Origin: Chrysomallon squamiferum
Lineage: Eukaryota; Animalia; Mollusca
Reading direction: 5' to 3'
Length of the DNA: 64,000 bases
NCBI GenBank assembly: GCA_012295275.1
Contig: CM022673.1
Location: 13,020,001 to 13,084,000, forward strand
In this document: piece by piece, positions 52,433 to 64,000 of the stretch
How positions within the stretch are numbered: the stretch's first letter is position 1
Layout of the letters: each line of letters starts with the position of its first letter
Notes under the pieces: generated by a model
What the model saw: the letters and a program-made list of their open reading frames with translations, nothing else
Database searches by the model: none
Told to the model about the DNA's origin: nothing
Made by a program: the position numbers and the translations under genes

Positions 52433-54803
52433 AACTTTATATTTGTGAGTTTGTGTGTATGTATATATGTCTGTGTGCACATGTATGTATGTATATATAT
52501 TTATTTGTGTGTATATATATTTATTTGTGTGTATATATCTGTTTTTGTGTATGTGTAGATATATAAGTATATGTTTATGTGTGCATGACAACCGTATGCA
52601 TATCATAACATTCACAAGTAAGTGCACATGCAAACATATATATATATACCTGTGAGTAATAATGAGGATAAATGAGTAAATAGAACATCGTGAGTCATGT
52701 TCAGATTAAAGCTCAGAAAAGCACACTGATTCCCTGGAGAAGCAATCACAGAGTGATGTACAGATATCACTGCTCATAATGCAGAATAATTTGTTAATAG
52801 ACTCCATCTTTAATACTCTCATTTCCCCTCGTGCAGCGACTGTTTGAAGTGAGAGGCCTGAAAGCTGATCTTAATTGAATAATCCATGCAGACACTGGAG
52901 TTAAATGAGCCACAAGGTTTTGGTCAAAGAACAAGTTTGATGGCTGAAGTCCACTTCTGAAAGTATCTTTCACTCGCGGGGAGATATATATCCCATCGCC
53001 TATCGAAGTATGCGTGGATTGAGAGATGAAAAGCAGTTTACAACATGGAGAAATGTTTGATAAAAATAGGTGCTGTGTGCTGGAAAAATGACACACTCTG
53101 CTTGGTTAAACAATTATTAGTGGTTTCGGTGGGTTTTTTTTTTTCGGGAATAAATTGTGGAGAAGGAAATTAGCAAACATCCTAGCAGCCAGTTTTTTTG
53201 AAGATTTTAAAACTCTGAATGTCAACATATGACTAAGATGAGAAAAAAAAAAAAAATATATAAAAAAAAAAAAAAAAAAAAAAATGTTCTTTAATGGATG
53301 ACTAAAGGAAAAGACATAAAATGATGCCATAATTTACAAGCTGACAAAATAATGATGCATGTTATGAGAGATTTTTATTTTCATTTCGTTTTATTTTTTG
53401 TTTGTTTATGGGATGGGAAGAAACATCATGGACTCCACACAAATGAAACCCACTGTTTTACACTTCAGTGACCACGAGTCAATCATTTGTCTTTTTATCT
53501 GTTTTAAACTCTCTCTTCATGTATGTACATATGTATGTATTTATGTCTGCCTCTGTTTTTCCACTTCTCTCACAATAATAGCGAAATTCTCAGACATCTG
53601 TTAAAATCACTTTTCATTCATTTAAAAAAAAAAACACACACAAATACTTTAACACACTCTCGACCAAATAAAATCTCAAAATCTTCAACAATCTTTTCCC
53701 ACTGTCTTCAGAAATTCATCAAAGTGAATAAATTTAAAAATAAAAAATCATATTTAATAAAACAACAAAACCCAGACAAAACCCGAATCCTCGACACACT
53801 GACTGATGATGCCGTCAACGTTGTTGTGACTTGCACACAACATCAAACCTGACACCTCCACATCACCTCTGTTTACTCATATTTCACCAATCCGACACTG
53901 CTCTATTCATAAGGAGAGGAGAAAAGGCCACAACTGGCCATCCTGTGATCAAATAGCGCGCTGTTTTCTCTGGCGAGGATTATGTCTCCTCTCTGTTTGA
54001 TCTGACTTCTCTTTGTCAACCGCAGCAGACAGCAAGACATGTTTTGGAAAACTTGTTGCTTCACAGGAAGAGGATGCAGAAGATGGTGTGTGCATTCATA
54101 AACAGTAATAGATGTCAGAGAGGTTGCAAGGATGTGTGGTCAGGTGGTTGGTTGAATGGATGGATGGATGGATGGAATACTGGATGATGAATGCATATAT
54201 AACTGGATGGATGGATGGATGGATGGTTGGATGAAAATTAGGAATGAAAGAATGATGGAAGGATTGATAAGTGAATGAATCAAGGAGAGATGAATGAAAG
54301 AATGAATTAATAATTGCATGAAAATACCTCGGCATACTTTAATATTAACTAATAAAATGCATTACTATTACTAATTAATTGCAAGGCATCTTTGAACCAC
54401 AATTTGAAACAGACAACCAAACACATACCCCAGCATTTGATATATCAATCAGGTGTACTCAATTACGGGAAGTTTAAAAAAAAAAAAAATCGTAGAACCT
54501 ACAAGGATTGATCCTTCAGTCATCTGTTTCCCTAACAAGTGTTAGTGCACTGAGTTACTGCTTAATCTGTATTGATAAAGCAATAAAGGCATTCAGCTGT
54601 TCAGTTCATTTCCAAGTTATTAAGTTTAAACCTCCACTTTCAAAGTTTAACATCAATTTACAGAATAAAATTTGTTTATCTTTAAGCAGTTTTTCAGTTT
54701 TATTATAGATAAATGTCAGTTTAGGTTTTTAACTTCTGATTGATGTTTTACAGGTTGTTACATATGGAAAATAGATTTGTATTATTACAGTTTAGTGTGA
54801 GGG

Positions 54804-54806
<3 letters not shown>

Positions 54807-54859
<53 letters not shown>
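54807..54859. repeat. (AG)n microsatellite
   Basis: Direct sequence. Confidence 0.95.
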
Positions 54860-54863
<4 letters not shown>

Positions 54864-56428
54864 AATGTGAGAGATAGTGATAGTAATAGATTGACAGAAA
54901 GCAACAACAAAAACGGAACTGATAAAAATAAATTTATATTAGACTATTGAAATATATTTTACTTCAAAATCTAAATTAAAATTAACCAAATTTTATTTCT
55001 GTACATGAAGTAATTAGCTTTTTATATTTTGTTAGCAAACCTATCTGCAACCCTGTATACACATTTAAAATAAATATATTCAACTCATTTCTCCAGATGT
55101 TTTTAATTCACCCGTTTACAAAAGAGCCCGATGTGTTAAGAAGAATTGAAATCTTTCCACAGACCCGAAGTAACGACAGACACAAGCCGAAGATTCTGAT
55201 TTAATCAGAATGTCAGCCGATTGAAAAAAATGAAATGCACAAGGAAAATGATGAAGGGCAATAAATAAAATCATAACCTTCATATCTGCTTCTTGATTCG
55301 ACAATAAAGTTGCATCTGGAAAGGCAAATCGCGGCTTCATAAAAAGCCGGTCGTCGCAGACAGGCACAGTAAAAAAGCAGTACAATGCATAAAAATTAAC
55401 ACTTTACGAGTGAGAGGAGCCTATCAGAGCAAACAAATGGCCACAGTAAAAGTTTATAACAGTCAGAATTGTTATTATGCTGGTGTGTGCCTGCACAGTT
55501 AAAACCTCTTGGTATATTAGGCCAGGCTGAAGGAATATACATGCAGTAAAAGCCTTTGTAATATATTGCTGTGTGGCGCCTCAACTGATAAAGATTTATG
55601 GTGCACGGGACAGAGGCATTTAACTGCTGAAGTATTCAGTATATGAGTAGGCTGAAATAAGTTTAAATGTTTTGCTACAGTTTTGTTATTGTTGATCACA
55701 CATGGTGAAGAGTCTTGCTGTGTTAGTTCTGATCATAATGTTTTAAAACATTACTGTCTGTATTAAGAAATCTTACCATAAATCCTTTTTTTAATGTTAA
55801 CACTGTCTATTAATATTTTAAAAATATTGTACTGCTAAAAAATTACACCACTTTTCTACTCTAAAGAATTTTATCATCCTGTTTTTTTTAAAATGATATC
55901 TTTATCACTGACAGTCAAACATTTTAGCTTTATTTAAACAAGACCATTATAAGACAATGATCGTTTTTGAAACCTTCAGCTCTGATGACACAACCTCTGT
56001 GAATTTTTGAAGTAGCGAACCATCCTGGTTGCAGTGAGGCTCGTTTCTGTGGAGGTCATTCTCTAATGGCTGTTGTTGTAGCCGGGACTCCCAGTCACAA
56101 CATAATGAAGTGAACTGCAGATGGCCCACAAAAGCCGAATCTAAATTTCAAGCCATCTGTTTGCCTTGCGGGATGCTGCACATTCTTTAATTAGCATTTT
56201 GTGCTATGTCATTAAAAGAAATTAAACACATAGCATGCAAACACAGCGACCAATGTTATTTCCGGCCAGATCAGCCAGCCTTCCGAACAAAATGACTCTC
56301 GAATCGCGTCGGTGACAAATTCATCACCGTGGTAACAAAAACGACGCAAATCAAACAATTTAGTTCAACACGGCTCAACTTGAAATGGATGCCATGAAAG
56401 TAATTTATTACTTAATGAAAATTTAATG

Positions 56429-56460
<32 letters not shown>

Positions 56461-59400
56461 AACATGCAAAAAAAAAAACATGTTAAATAACTGATGACAA
56501 GCTTGGCTGTGTTTTCTCTTTCTTTTTTTTTCTTTTTTTCTTTTTTAGAATAATGAGAAAATAATAGCTGTAGCAGGTTCAGAATTTTAGTTCTTTTAAA
56601 TTTTCAAACAATTATTTAACACCCAGAGTCAGACACCTACATACATAAAAATGATAAAACTTTTATTTTCTTGATATCACAAAAATATTTTTTTTAATAA
56701 ATGAGTAAGGGGAAAAAAAAATCTATTTCCTACATCACTCTATTACTTTTTAATCTCTTTCTTAACTGTCTCTTTCATTCATTCTCTCTCTGCTGTTAAT
56801 TTTTTTTCCTTTATTATTATTAAAGATTCCTCTCCAAGAAAAAGTAATTCTTACAGAAGTAAATATTGTCTCTTAGCATGTGCTGACCAGGAAAGCACTC
56901 TTCTCCTCACTTCATGAATGAATAACTGTTTAACTAACATTAACAATGATATAAAACACAGGTATCTGGGAATTTGATCCCACAGCAGACGTGCTTGAAC
57001 CCACAGGGATTTAACATGTATAAAATAGCTTTGCAACACCATGTGTCTTATACAGAGAGTTTCTGTGTATTTTGTTTGCCGAGATTTCACACAAATTATT
57101 GTGGCCATGTTTTGTCCGGCAGCCACTGATGGTATAAACCAAAGTGTTTACCAAGATTACCACAGCAACCTTGAAATACCGTAGCCATGACTACTCAAAT
57201 TTGCAAGATTATTAGATCTCAGGAAGTTTGCTCTTCATTCTTGTTGTTGTTCCTCCATTTAGGTGGGGGTTTTTTTGTACTTTTCATACAAAGAATATTG
57301 GTTTTAAATAGTTTATATAAATTCATCAGTTTCAAATGCTTTTTGCTAACTGGTCTGAAATGATTTTTGCAAAAAAAAATTTTTTTTTTAATGGTCTCTT
57401 TAAAATATGTAAAATTTATTAAATTTCATTTTCACAACAGTATGATGGAAAAAAACATTGTGAATATCTTTCTAAAATAAAACAAGTGAAATGAAAGGTG
57501 CTTAAAGATTGAAAATAAAAACGATCAGGAAAATGAACTGGGTGTTCATTCTGTTTTAGTCATCCTGTCGGTGAACATCAATAAACACCTGTCAAATCTG
57601 AAAGCCTGGACAAATTATCATATTACTTCACAATCAAATATTTGTCAACTTTTTTTTATTTTACTTTAATTTTCAAAATTTTATCTTTATTCTTTTCTTT
57701 TTTTATTATTATTATTATAGAAACTAATAAATTAAATATCATGAATAAATACTAATGAAAAATATTTTAATATTGCTTTCAGTTTTTCTTTCTTTCTCTT
57801 TAATATTATTTCTGTCCAATGAATAATTTCTGGATACCATTTCTAAATACCAACCATCTGTTACATTAAAAGTAATTACAGCTTTTAAAAAAAAAAAAAT
57901 TAAATAGAGACATTTTAAAACTGATCTGCCCCAGGTCAATATTAATTGTATATTAATATGTAATAAAAGTTGAGAGATAACTACATTAATGCAATACAAA
58001 TGATACTGTATTAAATTATATCTACCTACTCTTTATATAACTAACCATATACAGGTCTGTATGCCCCAGGACACTATAGTATATATTTATATGTAACAAA
58101 CACTGACTGACAAGTTAACTACCAAACAAAATATAGTATACTGAATTATATTTGTCCATGCATTCATCCATCCATCCAGTCATTCATATGTCTGTTTGTC
58201 CTTCTGTCCATATCTGACAGTAGATATATTTGTTAATATATATGTATAACAAAAACTGACTGATAACTGTTTTAATACACTAAATTATATCTGGCTATTA
58301 CTGGTAGTGTGTATAATGTTTACATGTAATTAACTGTGATAGACAACTATGGTAAATTTTACACAAAAGAATACTTTAGCAAATTATTTCTGTCATCCAT
58401 CCACCAAACCATCCAATCATCCATCCATCCATCCATCCATCTATCCATCTACTCCTGGTCACTGTTGTGTTGTTGTATGTGCATGTAATAAACGGTGATA
58501 GACAACTGTGGTGAGTGTAATACAAAAGACAGTACACTATGTTACATCAATCACAGAGATATCACAACCAAGGGTCACCAGAGCCTTGTAAATAAAAACT
58601 GCCCCAGGGTAAAAAACATTGTGTGTGTTGTACCAGGTAAAGGTGGGGTGAATGGTGTAAGGTGTAATTAGGTGGGAGGGTGGCTCTCTTTCTAGTACAT
58701 GTTATCTTATCTCCATGTCACACACCGCCTGGTTGCCAGTGGTGACAGCAGCTCAACATTCTCAAGAAAATTGCTTTTATGGAGGAAAATATTTAAGTAA
58801 TCAGCTGGAATTTCTTGGGGTTTTGGGGCTTTTTTTTTTCCGTGTTTTTTTTTTTTCCATGTGTTTCAGAAATTGATGTATCTTGTTGTTTTTGTTTTTA
58901 TATCTGGATAAAAAATATTGTTTTGTTGTTTCTTGTGGAATCTATTCAGATCTGTACAAATGAATTTAGCAGTTAGATAAGTCTGGAACCAATGGATCAT
59001 GGATTTTGGTTTGAAAATGTGTCTAGTAGTTACTAATAAGAGATTTTGCATGGATATATATTTGTCAATTGACAGACGGTTTGATAGACAACTGAATGGA
59101 TGTACAGACTGATAAAGACATTTCACCATCTTCTGATAGATAACTAGAAATGATTAAACAGGTTTGTTTTAAACAGAATGATTTACTGTATCACAGTTGC
59201 GGTAATTTGAATTTAATAATCTGCGAATAACCACGCACTGATTCTCATAAATCTCATTTCTAATTTTGTTTTTTCGAACTTTTGTACTGACAGTTTGCTG
59301 AATATTAATTTGTGCTGAAAAAAATAAAAGTATCAATTTGGAAACGAGAAATATCATGTTGGGGACATTGTTACTTATTAAACAGTGGCAAATCTGCAAA

Positions 59401-61091
59401 GATTCACACAGCGATGACACGGGGATGTCGCAGGAAATGAACTGCCATAAATCCGTGTCACATAATTACTGCACTTGCGAGGAAAACGAGAAATATCGCC
59501 ACACTTCTTCCTCAATTAGAAATTCCCAGGAAATGATCTCATAAATTTTGCTAATTATTTTTCAAGAAGTTCAAAACTAGATGAAAGCTCTTTGATGAAG
59601 GAGGAAACAAAAGATATGAGTCATGCCTGTAGGGGGAGCTGGGGTCCATCTCATTTCTACCTCCCTCCCAGGAGAGTGCATCCCACTTGAGGCAGACAAA
59701 CGAGGCATCTTGCAGGACTTAATGGACAGTGTGAAGGGAATCTTGATGAAAAACTTTCGACTTCAAATGACTTTGTCTTCAGAACTTTCATAGGAAATAC
59801 ATTCTCAAAGAGGGCATGAAGCATGAAGAAAAAAAAAAAAAAAAAAAAAAAGATATTAAAAAAGATATTTTAAAAACCCAGAAGGAACTTTGGTTTGAGG
59901 GGAAATTTCTTCTTTTTTTTTTTCTTTATTAAAGATAATAAAAAAAAATAAAAATTAAAAAAGTGACGGTAATTTTGTCTTCAAAACTTTGATGGAAAGT
60001 ATTTCATCAAAGAGTGCATCCACCATGAAGAAAAAGAGGGAGAAAAAAAAAAAGATGCTGGAAGATTGTTTTTTTTTTTTTTTTTTTAAATTAAAAAATG
60101 TGGCTTCAAGATTATAAAAAAAGAAAATCTGGTTATAATTTGTCTTTGATAGGAGATATTTTCTCAACAAGGGCATCATGCATGAAGAAGAAAAAAAAAA
60201 AAAAAGACGATTAGCTTGAAGGGAAAATAAATGTAAAAAGGAAAACAAAACCAACAAAATATTCATCATCATTCAAAAATAGAAAAACAAAATAAAAAAA
60301 TAATAATAATATGGCAACACTGATGGAAACTTCCAGTCTCTAAATCTTTGTACAGAGAAGAAAGAAAAAAAAAAAAATTATGGTATCATTTTCATTAATT
60401 TTGTATTGTGTAAAAAAAAAAATTTGGGGGAAACTATCAAAAAAAATTCATCAATAGATTATGTCAAAATGATGAAGGAAATTCTGACTGAGATGTGAAG
60501 AGCTTCAAGTAGTTCAAATTGCCCTCTGGCTTCAGATGGTTCAAACCTCCCTCCAGCTTCAGGACATAGCCTGTGACAGCAGTGTGACTTAGAGCAGAGA
60601 ATTTCAAACAGTCACCTCACAAAATGAAGCCAACTCAAAGTGCTGCAAGCTGAAGGCATTTTTGCTTTCATGTTTTATTTTGCTGATGTCCTAATTCCAC
60701 TTGCAAGCAAGACCAAGATGACAATGAAAAGACATCGTTTCACTTTTTACTTGATAATCGACATGCTTTTGTTAAGTACCAACACCAGTAGAAATCCCAT
60801 GAATAAAATGGAGGAAAAATTCCCAGAATCAAATGGTGGTGGGGAATAGGAGATATAAAGATATTCCAAATCCTAACAAACTGAAGATTTTCAAATGTCC
60901 TTAAGAATTGTACTTGGAACATGACATAATTTGATTTCTACTGCAAATGGATTTTTTTGAGGAAAAGATTTTTTTTTTTTTTTTTGTCCAGTGACTCAAC
61001 AAGAAACAGCTGCTAATGAAACAGTGATGAAATTCTTTGAATGTAATCAGTCTGTTTTATCAACCTCTTTTTTAATCTTTTTTTGTCCGTA

Positions 61092-61134
<43 letters not shown>

Positions 61135-61877
61135 AGAACTGTCATGGACTTTATTCTATGAGGCTGTTGAGACAAAAAAAAAAAAGATGAAGTGTTTGAA
61201 TCTTTTATCCAAAATGTCTCGTCTGAAAATGGAAATGTTACCACTTAATTCCGTCTTATTCATCAAGTGACAAGAACGGATGAGATGACCAGCTCACTGT
61301 GAGCTGTGCTAGAATCTTAATACACACACATCTGTGAAATACTGCAGATTATCAATGGTCAGTGATATTATAAATCTCCGCATGTTACCACCGAGAATAA
61401 ATCTAAAATAATTTGACCTCGAGTTCAAAGATAATTACATTTAGTCCTAAACTTTTCTTTTTTTTGGTATAATTTGTAAAATATCTGTGTTAGTGTATTA
61501 AAATGCAGTTCATTATTTTGTTATAAAAAGAATAAATTTAATTATTATTTTTCAGTAATAAAAAGGTTTCATATACTATGTAATTAATAAATTTAAAAAA
61601 AAAAAAAAAAAATAATTAGCAAATTTTTTCTTTTCAAGAAACATTTCTTAAATAAACAAATAAAACTTAAAACATCTTTTAGTGTATGCTTGTATTATAA
61701 TGTTTCTAATTGAATTAAAGTAATATGTAGTTTTTTCCTACTGTATTGAAACAAAATATTCAAATCTATCGTGTTTACATGGATGTGGTGGGAGGAACCC
61801 AGTACCTCAATGACTGAAATAATAATTTATCTTTCCACCATCTTTACATGACACTGAATACAACACAAACAATAAAC

Positions 61878-62180
61878 ACGCATTTCCCACAACACATTAA
61901 CATAAGAACAGCAAAAACAACACAAACATATTTCTCCAGAACATGTGTGCATGAAAATAATCACAACAAAAGTAAGAATAAAACATTTTCCCTGAGCATT
62001 TGAGCATAAAAATAAACATAATCAAAATAGCAGTAACAATAAGATATTTCCCAAGCATTTGTATATGAAAATAAACATAATCAAAACAACAATAAGAATT
62101 TTGTTAAGCACGTGTATATGAATATAAACAAGAAAAAAAAAAAAAAAAAAAAAATGAAAGATACATTTTTTTCCCAGCAC
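61878..62180. repeat. Degenerate ~60 bp tandem repeat (ATTT(T)CCC.AGCAT.TG...ATGAAAATAAACATAATCAAAA)
   Basis: About 5 diverged copies visible. Confidence 0.65.
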
Positions 62181-62499
62181 ATTGACATGATGTGAACACA
62201 AGTAAACTAATCAGATACATTCTCACACTGTTAACCCTTTCAACTTTACGAGACACACGCCATGTTGGTCGGTCGACTCCAGACTCCCAATATTAGCATG
62301 ATCCCAACGACCAGTTTGGAGAGCTGGCCCACGAAATCCCCTCATTTCAATTCAGCAGGCAGACTTGACCTGCAGTTGGCCTTGCCTGCCCTCCATGATG
62401 AAACTCTTCAAAGTCAACTCACAGCTGTCTGAATAAAATCACCATAAACACAGTGACAAACTTCACACGGACGTTGTGTCACAGGCTCCGCTGTTTGGA

Positions 62500-62800
62500 A
62501 ATCATCAAACAGTGGCTTGAGACCCCAGTTTCAGAAAGCGACTTCATTGGTTTGCGGGGGAAATTTAGAGCGAAAATTGTGTTGGCTTTTTGAAATTATC
62601 AAAGGGTGGCTTGAGACCTATCAAATATAACTTCATTGGCTGCAGAAACCTCAAAGCCAGGTTGTGATGACTTTTTAAAATGATCAAAAGATGACTTTGA
62701 GACCTCATTCAAAATTGACTTTGCAGCTGGGCAGAAACTTTAAAGTGAGACTCTGAGACCCAATATATGACTCCATTTCTTACAGACAATTTAAACTGAA
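62500..62800. repeat. Degenerate ~90 bp tandem repeat (ATCAAA..GTGGCTTGAGACC...ACTTCATTGG)
   Basis: TGAGACC recurs near 62518, 62612, 62698 and 62754 with shared flanks. Confidence 0.6.
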
Positions 62801-63349
62801 AATTGTTTATGTTACATAAAAACAAATGAACTATTTCCCAGTCTAGCAATGCTCCATGACAGTTTACATCAAATAATGATTTCATTCCTGTTTGTGGTAA
62901 AGCACAGGAGGTTTGTTTTTATTAAAAGATGTTGTTTTTTGTTTTCAAGGGAGAAAATGTTATAATAAAAAGATCTATAAACTTTAACTGGGGTTTCTGA
63001 ACAAATGAAGCTAACTACAGTCAAGAAAGTTATTGTGTTAACAACATGTTTATATGTGAAGACTAAACCAGTTGATAAGATAGGACAAAACAAAGAAAGA
63101 AAAAAAAAATGTATTCAGCCATAAGCACCTGCCAAGCAACAGGGTATCACTTAGAATTTTTAAGATTTTTTTGTTTAAAAACACAATTTGCTTATATAAG
63201 TATATACACTTTACACTTCATGTCATACGTTGACTGATGGACATGGCTGGAGGTGGTTCTAGACACAGCAAACAAAATACCAGTGAAAACAACACATCTG
63301 TACACATGAAGGCTATGGCCTACAAGATACCATCTGGAGTCTTAAAATG

Positions 63350-63680
63350 AAAAAGTAAGGGACAGTGAAAGAGATAGAGAGAAAAAAAAAGAAAGAGGGA
63401 TAGAAGGAGAAAGAAGGAGAATGAGAGAAGGAAATAGAAAAGGTAAAGGGAGAGATAAAGAGAGAAAGAGAGGGGTGGAGAGACAGAGAAAGAAAACAGA
63501 ACAAAAGGTTACAGAAACCAGAGAAAAGAGAAACAGAACAAAAAGGAGATACAGAGAAGGACAGAGACAGAGAGAAACAGAAAGAGAAAATGAGTGACAG
63601 AAAGACAAACAGAAACAGAAGAAGATGCATGGAGAAACAAAGAAAAAGAAAAGAGAACAAGAGAGAAAGAGAGACAACAA
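63350..63680 (+). repeat. Long polypurine (AG-rich) low-complexity tract
   Basis: Almost only A and G. Similar tracts at about 23325-23565 and 24035-24240. Confidence 0.85.
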
Positions 63681-64000
63681 TGAGATATAATTTTTAAAAA
63701 TAATAATGATAGTCATTTATAAAATATGGCCGATTACTCTACAATGAAAATTACTTCTGCATCGTGTTTCCGCCATTGTTCTGGTTTTTCCCAGAGCAAA
63801 CTGTGACCTGATGAAGTCGTGGAGGCCCCTGTGGGAACTGGCAGGAGGGAGCCCAGTACAATGTGAACCCGAGTCAAAGGAATTCAGCAGAAAGGTGTGT
63901 CACTGTACACCATCATTCATCAGATGTCCACATAAAGGTGAAATCAATTGGGGTGGGGGAGGTCATCCGATATCGAGATTAAAAATAAATAATTTATTTT

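Larger units (their letters stand above)
6137..64000 (-). other. Presumed very long upstream (first) intron of the ephrin gene
   Basis: The exon at 6136 begins at a phase-2 acceptor and has no start codon or signal peptide. I found no exon encoding signal peptide + YWNxxNP by eye upstream in the window, and no other credible coding exons. Confidence 0.6.

Noticed and set aside
63313-63716. Hydrophobic F/L/S-rich ORFs (also 23224-23541, 24034-24231, 6125-6412)
   Set aside because: Artefacts of polypurine/polypyrimidine and (AG)n tracts.

Overview
AT-rich eukaryotic (metazoan, probably invertebrate) genomic DNA, rich in microsatellites and homopolymers. I see no prokaryotic features. The only coding content I can support is five exons of one minus-strand ephrin gene (6136-6013, 5503-5323, 4883-4770, 4400-4257, 3838-3648). 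They splice with canonical GT-AG sites and matching phases into about 250 aa: an ephrin receptor-binding domain with 4 conserved Cys, a Thr/Pro-rich stalk and a C-terminal GPI-anchor-type signal. I did not find the first exon (signal peptide plus YWN..NP motif), so 6137-64000 is probably one intron of >57 kb. That region holds a consensus recursive-splice-like site (branch point, polypyrimidine tract, CAG|GTAAGT at 51457/51456), several tandem-repeat arrays, local duplications and a few hairpins. The presumed 3' UTR carries a strand-biased cluster of CCAATCA motifs. Nearly all ORFs in the supplied track are low-complexity artefacts. All of this is by-eye analysis; no databases were searched.
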